Below are positions 38,027 through 47,530 of a stretch of DNA of 64,000 nucleotides, piece after piece (within the stretch, counting starts at the first letter, position 1; each line of letters begins with the position of its first letter). Source of the DNA: a virus (taxonomy: Duplodnaviria > Caudoviricetes); IMG/VR virus record IMGVR_UViG_3300037780_000034, positions 32,001-96,000 of that record; one strand, given 5' to 3'. The position numbers were made by a program, and so were the translations under genes. Below the pieces are notes generated by a model. It saw only the letters and a program-made list of their open reading frames with translations. It ran no database searches and was not told where the DNA came from.

Positions 38027-39679
38027 ATGTCATTTGAATGGCTAAACGAAGAGTCACGAAAATTCCTTTCACGAGGATATTTAAAACAAGGACAAACCCC
38101 AGAAGAAAGAGTTAGAGAGATTGCAGATACCGCAGAAGCACATCTTAATATTCCGGGGTTTTCTGATAAATTTTATGAATATATGAGCAGAGGTTATTAT
38201 TCTCTTGCCTCGCCTGTATGGTCAAATTATGGAAATAAAAGAGGTCTTCCAGTTTCATGTTTCGGATCATTTATCTCTGACAGTATGGAAGAAATAATGT
38301 ATAGTCACGGCGAAAACGGTATGCTTATGAAAAATGGCGGCGGCACATCTGGCTATTTTGGTGATTTAAGAGAACGTGGCGCACCCATTAAAGATAACGG
38401 AGAGTCTTCAGGTGCTGTTCACTTTATGGAACTATTTGATACTCTTGCTTCTATAGTATCACAAGGTTCTGTAAGACGTGGATTCTTTTCTGCATATTTG
38501 CCTATAGATCATCCAGATGCAGAAGAATTTCTTGATATTGCAACCGAGGGTCATCCTATTCAAGGCTTGACAACTGGTATCACAGTTAGTGATGCATTTT
38601 TAGAAAAAATGATTTCAGGTGATGCTAAGTCAAGAAAGATATGGGCAAAAGTTCTACAAAGACGTTCTGAAATTGGATTTCCTTACATTTTGTTTAGTGA
38701 CAACGTAAACAATCAAAAACCAGACGTTTATAAAGATTTAAAGATGGAGATATATGCTTCAAACATGTGCAGTGAAATAGCATTGCCTTCTTCACAAGAA
38801 GAAACATTTACTTGTGTATTATCTTCTATAAATCTTCTTCATTGGGATGAAATTGTAAAAACAGATGCAATTGAGACTATGGTTTACTTTTTAGACACTG
38901 TTGTTACTGAATTTATAAACAAAACAGAAGGAAAAAAGTATTTTGAAAGAGCAAACCAATTTGCTAAAAGACATAGAGCATTGGGTATGGGTGTGCTAGG
39001 ATGGCATTCATATCTTCAATCAAATATGATTTCATTTGAAAGCAAAGATGCATCAAAAAGAAATTTGGAAATATCAAAAACTTTAAACAAAAGAGCATAT
39101 GAAGCTTCTAAAAAATTAGCTGATATGTTTGGAGAACCAGAGTTACTAAAAGGGTATGGTCGTCGTAATACAACTTTATTAGCTATTGCTCCTACAAAAT
39201 CAAGTAGCTTTATATTGGGTCAAGTTTCTCAATCTATTGAGCCAGAATTTTCAAATTGCTATGTAAAAGATTTAGCAAAAACTAAAGTTACAATAAAAAA
39301 TCCATATTTAGATAAACTACTAACCGAAAAAGGATATAATACTCCAGACACTTGGGATAGTATTAAAAATATGGATGGTTCTGTTCAACATCTTTCTTTC
39401 TTGACAGATGAAGAAAAAGCTGTATTTAAAACTTTTGCAGAAATAAATCCATATACTATAGTTGATCAGGCTGGAATAAGACAGCAATATATTGATCAGG
39501 CTCAAAGTTTAAATCTTATGTTAGACCCAGATACTACAGTAAAAGAAATTAATGCATTGTATATTCACGCTTGGGAAATGGGCGTAAAAAGTTTGTATTA
39601 TAGTTTTTCTATGTCAAAGGCACAAGCACTTACTAGAAAAAAAGTAAATAGTTCAGATTGTGCAGCGTGTGAGGCATAA
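38027..39679 (+). CDS. nrdA: ribonucleotide reductase alpha subunit (short, no ATP-cone)
   Basis: LPVSCF, SNMCSEI, TCVLSS, IAPT, KSLYY, C-terminal CAACEA. Confidence 0.95.
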   Translation: MSFEWLNEESRKFLSRGYLKQGQTPEERVREIADTAEAHLNIPGFSDKFYEYMSRGYYSLASPVWSNYGNKRGLPVSCFGSFISDSMEEIMYSHGENGMLMKNGGGTSGYFGDLRERGAPIKDNGESSGAVHFMELFDTLASIVSQGSVRRGFFSAYLPIDHPDAEEFLDIATEGHPIQGLTTGITVSDAFLEKMISGDAKSRKIWAKVLQRRSEIGFPYILFSDNVNNQKPDVYKDLKMEIYASNMCSEIALPSSQEETFTCVLSSINLLHWDEIVKTDAIETMVYFLDTVVTEFINKTEGKKYFERANQFAKRHRALGMGVLGWHSYLQSNMISFESKDASKRNLEISKTLNKRAYEASKKLADMFGEPELLKGYGRRNTTLLAIAPTKSSSFILGQVSQSIEPEFSNCYVKDLAKTKVTIKNPYLDKLLTEKGYNTPDTWDSIKNMDGSVQHLSFLTDEEKAVFKTFAEINPYTIVDQAGIRQQYIDQAQSLNLMLDPDTTVKEINALYIHAWEMGVKSLYYSFSMSKAQALTRKKVNSSDCAACEA

Positions 39680-39937
39680 ATGAACAATACTAAAACAATA
39701 GTTTGGTCAAAAGATGATTGTATTTTTTGTGTAAAAGCAAAAAGGTTTTTAACAAGTAAAAACATACATTTTGAAGAAAGAAATGTTTCATCTGATGAAT
39801 GGACAAAGGAACAGCTTCTAAAAGCTGTTCCTAATGCAAAAACTTTACCACAAATATTTTTATATGGAGAATATATTGGTGGTTATGACGACTTATTAAA
39901 ATATGCCGAAGATCACGGTATGTATTCAAATTTTTAG
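39680..39937 (+). CDS. grx: glutaredoxin
   Basis: CIFC, TLPQIF, IGGYDDL. Confidence 0.9.
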   Translation: MNNTKTIVWSKDDCIFCVKAKRFLTSKNIHFEERNVSSDEWTKEQLLKAVPNAKTLPQIFLYGEYIGGYDDLLKYAEDHGMYSNF

Positions 39938-39945
39938 AGGGAAAT

Positions 39946-40266
39946 ATGATTGTAAATAAAACAAATGTTATGGAAGTAGTTGCCATTAAGCTAACAAGTG
40001 GCGAAGAAATTGTTGGTTCTTTTTTAGAAGAAAATAGCAACACCATAAAATTAAGAAAACCATTAGCACTTGCAATGACACAGCAAGGACCAGCACTTGC
40101 GCCATTTTTTATGACAGGTGATATCAATAAAGATAGTATGGAAATAGAATTTAATAAAAATACAGTTATCGCTATGACAAAACCACATAAACAATTTAAA
40201 GATGTTTATACACAGTCAACCAGTGGAATAACAATAGCTGAGAATTCAAGTAATTTTAAAATGTAA
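39946..40266 (+). CDS. Sm-like-fold hypothetical protein
   Basis: IKLTSGEEIVG..KPLAL pattern. Confidence 0.65.
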   Translation: MIVNKTNVMEVVAIKLTSGEEIVGSFLEENSNTIKLRKPLALAMTQQGPALAPFFMTGDINKDSMEIEFNKNTVIAMTKPHKQFKDVYTQSTSGITIAENSSNFKM

Positions 40267-40272
40267 TAAAAA

Positions 40273-40280
40273 TATAAATA
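40273..40280 (+). promoter_or_regulatory. late promoter TATAAATA
   Basis: Exact match before the PAAR gene. Confidence 0.6.
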
Positions 40281-40285
40281 CACAT

Positions 40286-40582
40286 ATGCCACAAGTTCAT
40301 AGAGATACAGATTCAAGAGCGTGCGGAGCCTCTACAAGTGTAACAGGACAAAGTTCTGTTTATGTTAATAATTTACGTGTAAGTGTGCAAGGCGACCCAA
40401 ACACACACGGGGGCGGAAGTTTAGATGCAAGTGTCAATGATGGAACTGTTTTTGTTGAAAATAAATTAATGGTTTTGTTAGGAAGTTCTGCATCGCCTGA
40501 TTTATTGTGTCCGCCACTTGGAGGCGCACATTGCGCCCCTAGTGCAACAGGCGGAAGCCCAAATGTTTTTGCGTGTGATTAA
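40286..40582 (+). CDS. PAAR-type tail spike tip protein (gp5.4-like)
   Basis: HRDTD..CG, G.SSVYVNN, GD..HGG, G.PNVF. Confidence 0.85.
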   Translation: MPQVHRDTDSRACGASTSVTGQSSVYVNNLRVSVQGDPNTHGGGSLDASVNDGTVFVENKLMVLLGSSASPDLLCPPLGGAHCAPSATGGSPNVFACD

Positions 40583-40591
40583 GGATTTTAA

Positions 40592-42109
40592 ATGTCAAAA
40601 ATTATACCATTAGAAGGACTACAGCGTGTTAACGATTATTTGGATACACGACATTATTCTAATATAGAAATAGATAAAAATTTGGATTCTGTAGGAAACA
40701 TCGTTATTTCAGCGGGATTTGATTTCTCTTTCAGAGAAGTATTATGTTCATTGTTAGCTGGTCAAGGATTAAAGTTACCAAATATACAAATATGTTTAAG
40801 TTTAAATTTAAAAGCATTACTAAGTCCGGTTTTTGGTGCACTTGGAAAAATACAAGCTGCATTAACTACTGCATTGACTCAACTAAATGATGCTTTTAAT
40901 TCTTTTCTTGAACATACTGGAATACAAAATGTTTTAAATCGTGTAAACAATGTTATATCAGAAATTGCAGGAATAGCAAATATGATTAATTTTTGTGGTA
41001 AGCCAATTGTTCCAATTCCAATTCCACTTTCACTAGAAAATAGCTTACAATCGTTCTTGGGAAAAGGAATGGATATTGCTAATAAGATAGGTTCTATAAT
41101 ACCTTCTGAAATAGGAGGTTGTTTAGATGGTGGAGGGTTTAACGGATCAATATTTAATGGTGGATTACTTTATGATATCTGGCAAGATTATGATAGAGTG
41201 ATTGCAGGAACATTAACCGAATTAGAATTAGATAATTATGTTACCAGAATAAATCAAATATCACGAGAAATTCAAGAATTAATAGATGACGAAAATAATA
41301 CATCAAGTATAGTAGATATCGGTGGAAGTCAGTTTGAAGGTTCAACTGGTGAGTTAAATACTAAAATAGGTGTTTTACATAATCCAAATGAATTAGGAAT
41401 GAGTGGAAACATATCAATAGCAGCAGGTTTAAGAAATGCATATAATCAACTAGCAGGTTATCCTGTAGTAGACAGTGATGGAAATGTATACGAAAATATT
41501 TTTAAACTGTTTCTTGAAGATGATATGATTGATTTACTTAAAAGAAGAGCAGTTCCAAATAAACGAATAACAAGACAAGAGCCAATATATAACTATTGTG
41601 GACAAATAGTTGGATATAATACTATAGAGGTAAGAGAAGGTGATGAAGAAAGAAGCAGAGGCGATGTTCCAGTAGCATCAACTGCACCAGGATCACTAAA
41701 AGATAATAATTTAACAATAGAATCTCTTACCACGCCATTAGATACTACAAGAACACTTTTTGATGATTTTGTTACAACTAAAGATTCTTCTACTATAGAA
41801 ATATTTAAAGGTATTAATATAAACGTCCCAACTAACAAAACTTGGTTCTTTACATTAAATGTATTAGGTAGAAGAACAGATTCAGATATAGTAGAAAATA
41901 TTGCTAAAAAATTAGAAGGAGTTGCGTTCAATACGAATGGAACAACAACGGTATCACCAAACCAAATATCAGAAACTATATTTGTGAATGATTCTACTAA
42001 TTATAACATAACTATCACTGGTGAAGGGTCTAATATAAAATTTTTCATATCCGGAATTCCAGACAAACAATATAACTGGACTTTCAAGTTTTCATATATA
42101 GAATCTTGA
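40592..42109 (+). CDS. virion/baseplate-associated protein
   Basis: 505 aa following PAAR; beta-rich C-terminal domain. Confidence 0.65.
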   Translation: MSKIIPLEGLQRVNDYLDTRHYSNIEIDKNLDSVGNIVISAGFDFSFREVLCSLLAGQGLKLPNIQICLSLNLKALLSPVFGALGKIQAALTTALTQLNDAFNSFLEHTGIQNVLNRVNNVISEIAGIANMINFCGKPIVPIPIPLSLENSLQSFLGKGMDIANKIGSIIPSEIGGCLDGGGFNGSIFNGGLLYDIWQDYDRVIAGTLTELELDNYVTRINQISREIQELIDDENNTSSIVDIGGSQFEGSTGELNTKIGVLHNPNELGMSGNISIAAGLRNAYNQLAGYPVVDSDGNVYENIFKLFLEDDMIDLLKRRAVPNKRITRQEPIYNYCGQIVGYNTIEVREGDEERSRGDVPVASTAPGSLKDNNLTIESLTTPLDTTRTLFDDFVTTKDSSTIEIFKGININVPTNKTWFFTLNVLGRRTDSDIVENIAKKLEGVAFNTNGTTTVSPNQISETIFVNDSTNYNITITGEGSNIKFFISGIPDKQYNWTFKFSYIES

Positions 42110-42134
42110 CATTAGCTATCACATATGTTATTAT
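42106..42134 (+). promoter_or_regulatory. sigma70-like promoter
   Basis: TTGACA-17-TATTAT; the track's TTG start is this -35 box. Confidence 0.75.
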
Positions 42135-42165
42135 ACATAACAATATAGTGATAAATGGTAGAAAA

Positions 42166-42933
42166 ATGGAAGAAAGAAAACTTACATACAAAGAATATTT
42201 AATAGAAAAGAAAAAGTTAGAACCAACTTATGCAGAAAAAATCGTTTCTTATTATAAAGATTCATTTACTCATTGTATTTTGACAACAGACATTTTGACA
42301 AAATATAGAAAACAACTATTAGATTTAATAACTGAAAAAGCTTTTTTATCAGAAGACGGTGTTTTAATAAAAACGCCAGACCAAATCGCCAAAGAAAAAG
42401 AAGAAGAAAAAAATGTATTTGGATTTACTTTGGTAAAGTCTCCAACTGATTCAATTGGTTTTATTAATTTTTCTATTGTTCAATATGAACACGATACATT
42501 AGTAGACAGTTATTGTGAAAAATATAGAACTAATTTGTTTGATTTTTACAATTTTATGAATGGTGAGTTTTCAACAAGACCAGATAATTATAAAAAACAT
42601 AAATTATTTTTGTCTGATAATACTACAAAGCAAAATGATAGAACTAATTTAATTTTAAAAGAAATTATATATTCATATGCATATAAATCAAATAAAATTT
42701 ATACAGGACTTTTTAGTTGGAATGACAATCTTGTTATTTGTTCATTAAAATCTTCGTTGGAAACCAATCCCGTTATTCCTTTGATTGACAGTTTAATTGA
42801 TAAAAATAAATTAACCGCCAGAGTTATTAAAAAATCAGAAACAAAAGTATTAACAACCCTATCTGGTTCTAATATTTTGTGTATTTCTCCAAGTGGATGG
42901 GTAATTGAAGCTAAGGATATAGTAATATGTTAA
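42166..42933 (+). CDS. hypothetical protein (start revised to ATG 42166)
   Basis: Downstream of the promoter. Confidence 0.7.
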   Translation: MEERKLTYKEYLIEKKKLEPTYAEKIVSYYKDSFTHCILTTDILTKYRKQLLDLITEKAFLSEDGVLIKTPDQIAKEKEEEKNVFGFTLVKSPTDSIGFINFSIVQYEHDTLVDSYCEKYRTNLFDFYNFMNGEFSTRPDNYKKHKLFLSDNTTKQNDRTNLILKEIIYSYAYKSNKIYTGLFSWNDNLVICSLKSSLETNPVIPLIDSLIDKNKLTARVIKKSETKVLTTLSGSNILCISPSGWVIEAKDIVIC

Positions 42934-44552
42934 TTTTTGCTTTTTGGACATTATTTGTTGCACTTGGAATAAGCGTTGTTGCAGCATATTATAGTATTGT
43001 TGGCCTCACTGCAATATTTGCAACCTCAGTTATTCCTATTATAATTATGGGAACAGTTCTTGAAGTTGCAAAAATAACAACTGCGGTATGGCTTCATATG
43101 AATTGGAAAACAGCAAACAACTTAATTAAAACATATCTAACAACTGCAACTGTAGTTCTTATGTTAATCACGAGTATGGGAATTTTTGGATTTTTAAGTA
43201 AAGCACATATTGAGCAAACTTCTGTAGGTGGAGAATATCAAGCAGTTATTTCTCAGTTAGAAAATAATATTCTTATAGAAGAAGAAAAAATAAAAAGAAA
43301 TTCAGAACAAATAGATTTTTTATTAAGCAATTCGTTAAATCGTGAAACTCAGTTACAACAACAAATAGATAATGAACAGGAAAGAATTGAAAGAATACTC
43401 ACAAGAATTCAACCTCTTATTGAAGAACAAGAAAGAATAATTACTAATTCTGATAATGTAAAACAACAACGAATAGCACCAATTCAACAACTAATTACAG
43501 AAAATAGAGAAGAAATTAAAAATTTATCAGAAGAATTATTACAAATTAATAATAGTGATAAATCACAATTATTGTTGACATTATCACAACAGCTAAACAA
43601 TAACACTGACGCATTAGAAAGTATCAATGATAAATTATTGAGCCTTGAACAATTAGTAGATCAAAGAGATAGACAAAGTATTACAGAATTACAATCTATC
43701 ATAGGAATAAACGAAACAAATATAGATGGAATCTATGGACCAAATACTGAAAGAATTTATAATCTATATGTTTCTGAATTAAACAATGAAATAGAAAAAA
43801 TAAAAGAAAACATTGAAAGTATACAACTACAAATTACTAATACACAAGCAGATTTAACACAAGAAAATAACAGAAAGACTTTTATAAATAATCGTATAGA
43901 CCAATTGAATGTTAATATACTTGAAAATACTAATCAAATTGATGAGTTATTATCACAACCAACTGCTCAATCAGCAAATGCAATATCACAAATAGCCGAA
44001 ATTAGACAGACTGCACAATCAGAAATTGACGTTATAAATTCTACTATTGTAGAACTAAGGCAACAAATTTCTAATATATCCGGTGTAGTAGATAATGAAA
44101 GAATATCCGAGTTAGAAACACAAATAGAAAAGTCAAGAGAACAAATTTTGTTGTTGACTTCTGAAATTTTTAGTGTAGAATCACAGATAAGATTGTTAGA
44201 ATCAGAAGTAGGACCAATAAAATATATTGCAGAAATAATTTATCAAAATAGTAATGATAGTGAAATACTAGAAAAATCAGTTAGATTTGTAATTTTACTA
44301 CTTGTATTTGTATTTGACCCTCTTGCAATAATATTAGTGATTGCAGCTATTTCAACAATAGAAAAGAATAGAGTAATACCAAAAAAACCAATTATTAGAA
44401 GAAAAAGAAAAAAGAAAGAAATGCCAATATTACCCGAAAAATCAATATCTGAACCTGATAATGCTGAAACAAAACCTTCTAAGAATGAAAAAAATAACTC
44501 AGACATAAACATGGTTATAAAAACAAAAAGGAACCCACCAAATGTCCAATAA
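42927..44552 (+). CDS. inner-membrane protein with long coiled coil and a peptidoglycan-binding-like motif
   Basis: Three N-terminal TMs, Q/E-rich coil, DGIYGPNT, C-terminal TM VFDPLAI. Confidence 0.75.
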   Translation: MLIFAFWTLFVALGISVVAAYYSIVGLTAIFATSVIPIIIMGTVLEVAKITTAVWLHMNWKTANNLIKTYLTTATVVLMLITSMGIFGFLSKAHIEQTSVGGEYQAVISQLENNILIEEEKIKRNSEQIDFLLSNSLNRETQLQQQIDNEQERIERILTRIQPLIEEQERIITNSDNVKQQRIAPIQQLITENREEIKNLSEELLQINNSDKSQLLLTLSQQLNNNTDALESINDKLLSLEQLVDQRDRQSITELQSIIGINETNIDGIYGPNTERIYNLYVSELNNEIEKIKENIESIQLQITNTQADLTQENNRKTFINNRIDQLNVNILENTNQIDELLSQPTAQSANAISQIAEIRQTAQSEIDVINSTIVELRQQISNISGVVDNERISELETQIEKSREQILLLTSEIFSVESQIRLLESEVGPIKYIAEIIYQNSNDSEILEKSVRFVILLLVFVFDPLAIILVIAAISTIEKNRVIPKKPIIRRKRKKKEMPILPEKSISEPDNAETKPSKNEKNNSDINMVIKTKRNPPNVQ

Positions 44553-44985
44553 TACGTATCACATAACGCCACCAAATTTGATTATGGTAGAAGAAGGAAT
44601 AACTGTATTATTATTGGGTTTTGAACATTCTTCTATATTAAAAATAGAAGAAATATTTGAAAAACAAGTATATGAAGCAGACTTGTTATTTTATTATTCG
44701 GAAAGCAAAATTGATACCGAAACACTTGGATGGGCCAATGCTGTTGCACAAAACTCAGATTTTATTATAATAAATTTAGATAATATAACTCCGTTAGAGT
44801 TAGCAATAGCAGAAGAAAATTTGTTTGACGAAGACGAAGATAGTAAAAAAGTAATAGAATACACAGATATAGGATCAACTAATCCTTTGGTTCTCTATAA
44901 ATTAAATATGGGTGACGTAGTAGTTAAGTCAATGGATGGACTTAACGATTTTATAGAATATGCTTTACAAGATGGAGAAGAATGA
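44542..44985 (+). CDS. hypothetical protein
   Basis: 147 aa, acidic. Confidence 0.7.
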   Translation: MSNNTYHITPPNLIMVEEGITVLLLGFEHSSILKIEEIFEKQVYEADLLFYYSESKIDTETLGWANAVAQNSDFIIINLDNITPLELAIAEENLFDEDEDSKKVIEYTDIGSTNPLVLYKLNMGDVVVKSMDGLNDFIEYALQDGEE

Positions 44986-45213
44986 ATGAAGCAAAATAAT
45001 GAATTTTCCTTAAAGGGAACAAAAATAGAAGTAAGAAATAATGATGTCAGTGGCGCTATGCGAAAACTAAAAAAGATAGTAACCACTGAGGGAATATTAA
45101 AAGAGTATCGTGATCGTCAATTTTATACTCCACCAAGTGAAAAACGTAGACTCAAAAAAGCTGCTGCAATTCGTAGATATAAAAAAGAAAAATCAAAACT
45201 AAATGATCTTTAA
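44986..45213 (+). CDS. rpsU: 30S ribosomal protein bS21
   Basis: IEVRNNDVSGAMRKLKK..EGILKEYRDRQFYTPPSEKRRLKKAAAIRR. Confidence 0.9.
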   Translation: MKQNNEFSLKGTKIEVRNNDVSGAMRKLKKIVTTEGILKEYRDRQFYTPPSEKRRLKKAAAIRRYKKEKSKLNDL

Positions 45214-45227
45214 TATAGAGATAAAAT

Positions 45228-46325
45228 ATGCTTACAACAAATAATCCTAAGTTAGATTTTAATTCTGTTCTAATTGAACCTATTCCTAGTAATATTTCAA
45301 GTAGAAAAGATGTAAGTTTAAAAAAATATTTGCAATTTAGAAATGGTCAAACTTATGAAGGCATTCCGATAATGGCTGCTAACATGGACGGAGTTGGAAC
45401 GTTTGATATGGCAAAAACACTCTCTGTTATGGGAATGTTTACTTGTTTATCAAAAACATACGACGAAGCCGATCTTGTATCATTTTTTAAAGATGCAGAA
45501 ACCCATATAACTGAAAATGTTGCATATTCTACTGGTATTTCTAATTCAGATTTTAACAAGTTTGAATCAGTATATAGTGAAGTTGGAACAAAAATAAAAT
45601 ACTTATGCATTGATGTTGCAAATGGATATCTTTCTGTTTTTGTAGATTTTATAAAGAAAATACGAACACTTTATCCACAATTAGTTATCATTGCAGGTAA
45701 TGTTGTAACTCCTGAAATGACTGAAATTCTTGCAAAAGCAGGAGCAGATTTTATAAAAATTGGAATCGGCAGTGGTTCTGCATGCACGACTAGAATAAAA
45801 ACAGGTATAGGGTTTCCTCAACTATCTGCTATACTTGAATGTGCAGATATTGCTGATAGTATGGGATCATTTATTATTTCAGATGGTGGATGCACTTGTC
45901 CTGGTGATATTTCTAAGGCATTTGTCGCTGGTGCGGATTTTGTAATGTTAGGTGGAATGTTAGCTGGTCATGATGAAGGCGGTGGCAAAGTTATTACGAA
46001 ATTTTATGAAAGTGATGAATATGACAGTGAATATGTTCATGAACGTATCAAAAAAACTGAAGTGAAAAAATTTGTTCAATTCTACGGAATGAGTTCAAAA
46101 TCTGCCAATGATAAACACTTTGGTGGTTTAAAAGAATACCGAACGTCAGAAGGGCGTGAGGTTCTTGTTCCTTATCGTGGTAAGGTTCAAGATACTGTGC
46201 AAGATATTCTTGGCGGTATAAGAAGCACTTGCACATATTGCAATTCTGCAAATTTGCAAGAATTGTATGAAAATGCTAGATTTATACGAGTAACACAACA
46301 GTATAATAATGTGTTTTCAAATTAA
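45228..46325 (+). CDS. guaC: GMP reductase
   Basis: PIMAANMDGVG, CIDVANGY, IGIGSGSACTTRIKTGIGFPQLSA, FYGMSS, SEG. Confidence 0.9.
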   Translation: MLTTNNPKLDFNSVLIEPIPSNISSRKDVSLKKYLQFRNGQTYEGIPIMAANMDGVGTFDMAKTLSVMGMFTCLSKTYDEADLVSFFKDAETHITENVAYSTGISNSDFNKFESVYSEVGTKIKYLCIDVANGYLSVFVDFIKKIRTLYPQLVIIAGNVVTPEMTEILAKAGADFIKIGIGSGSACTTRIKTGIGFPQLSAILECADIADSMGSFIISDGGCTCPGDISKAFVAGADFVMLGGMLAGHDEGGGKVITKFYESDEYDSEYVHERIKKTEVKKFVQFYGMSSKSANDKHFGGLKEYRTSEGREVLVPYRGKVQDTVQDILGGIRSTCTYCNSANLQELYENARFIRVTQQYNNVFSN

Positions 46326-46392
46326 TAAATACAGATGAGTGCCATAATGGACTCAATAATTAATCTTGCTTTAATAAAGGAGAAAATAAATG
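46324..46392 (+). promoter_or_regulatory. late promoter variant plus ROSE-like RNA thermometer 5'UTR
   Basis: AATAAATA 46324-46331; hairpin 46336-46355; SD-sequestering hairpin 46364-46383 with a UUGCU motif and bulged G. Confidence 0.7.
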
Positions 46393-46845
46393 ACAAGAAT
46401 AACTACTTTTGATTTACCACAACTTGCTAGGTCTTCTGTTGGATTTGAGAGAATGTTTGATGAAATAAATCGTCAATTTGAAAATTCAAAATCTAATGGA
46501 TATCCTCCATATAACGTGGTTGAACTTGAAGAAGATCAGTGGATTATCAGTCTTGCAGTTGCCGGATTTGGAATTGATGACTTTGATATAACACTTGACA
46601 GAAATGTGTTAACGGTAGAAGGAACTTCCAAAAAGAACGACGAAGATGTTAAATATCTTCATAAAGGAATTGGAAGTCGTAATTTCCGCAGACAGTTTAC
46701 CTTAGCAGAACACATTGAAGTAGAAAATGCAAATCTTGATTTGGGAATTTTAAATATTCATCTGAAACGTAATGTTCCAGAAGAAATGCAACCTAAAAAG
46801 ATTTCCATAATAGCTCCTGTTAGTTTAGAAAATAATAGAGACTAA
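46390..46845 (+). CDS. ibpA: small heat-shock protein Hsp20/IbpA
   Basis: SSVGFERMF, YPPYNVV, LAVAGF, YLHKGIG.RNF.RQF.LA, GILNI.L.R.VPEE..PKKI. Confidence 0.95.
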   Translation: MTRITTFDLPQLARSSVGFERMFDEINRQFENSKSNGYPPYNVVELEEDQWIISLAVAGFGIDDFDITLDRNVLTVEGTSKKNDEDVKYLHKGIGSRNFRRQFTLAEHIEVENANLDLGILNIHLKRNVPEEMQPKKISIIAPVSLENNRD

Positions 46846-46860
46846 ACTATTATTATCCGT

Positions 46861-46896
46861 ATCATAGGGAGATTATAATCTCCCTATGATTTTATT
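46861..46896 (+). terminator. intrinsic terminator (30-nt perfect palindrome)
   Basis: ATCATAGGGAGATTA|TAATCTCCCTATGAT followed by TTTT. Confidence 0.9.
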
Positions 46897-46925
46897 ATAT
46901 CAAACAATTTATTATAGGTTTAAAA

Positions 46926-47252
46926 ATGCCAGAAATGCAAGAAATACTAGAACATATACGAGAAGGAAAAAAACAATCAAAAAAAGTAAATTTTTCTGAT
47001 ATCAAAAAATGGAATGTTATATTTTATAATGATAACAAAACAACAATGGAATTTGTCATTTCTGTATTAGTTGAAATATTTAATCATACAGAAACTAAAG
47101 CAAAAGAATTAACTTTTAAAATTCACGAAGATGGTAGTGCTATAGTAGGTCAATACATATATGAAATTGCAGAACAAAAAGCATCTGAAACACTAACATT
47201 TGCATCTATGAATTCGTATCCATTAAAAGTAAATATCGAAAAAGATGAGTAA
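46926..47252 (+). CDS. clpS: Clp protease adaptor ClpS
   Basis: VIFYNDNKTTMEFVISVL..IF, IH..G.AIVG.Y.YEIAE.K, YPL.V.IE. Confidence 0.9.
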   Translation: MPEMQEILEHIREGKKQSKKVNFSDIKKWNVIFYNDNKTTMEFVISVLVEIFNHTETKAKELTFKIHEDGSAIVGQYIYEIAEQKASETLTFASMNSYPLKVNIEKDE

Positions 47253-47303
47253 CACAAGCTATTCGTTTTATGCATACCGACTCTTCCTAAAACACATTTG
47301 TTT

Positions 47304-47332
47304 TTGATGAAAATCTATGATAAGTATATGAT
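47304..47332 (+). promoter_or_regulatory. sigma70-like promoter
   Basis: TTGATG-17-TATGAT. Confidence 0.55.
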
Positions 47333-47362
47333 GTGAACAAAGAAAACAATAGGAGATTCTTT

Positions 47363-47530
47363 ATGTTTGGTTATATACTAAGATTTTTTCGTAACAGTAA
47401 GTCATTAAAAGATGCAGACTTGCAAAGATTTGCTAGAAATGAATTTAAAAAAGATGCAGAATATGCATATTACTGGATGAAAAAAAATAAAACAATATTT
47501 ATGTCATATGGAGATATTAGAAATGTATAA
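47363..47530 (+). CDS. small hypothetical protein (start revised to ATG 47363)
   Basis: AGGAG RBS. Confidence 0.65.
   Translation: MFGYILRFFRNSKSLKDADLQRFARNEFKKDAEYAYYWMKKNKTIFMSYGDIRNV

Noticed and set aside
11310-39679. Inteins or introns in terL, uvsX, helicase or nrdA
   Set aside because: Lengths are ordinary and motifs are contiguous; the endonucleases are free-standing.
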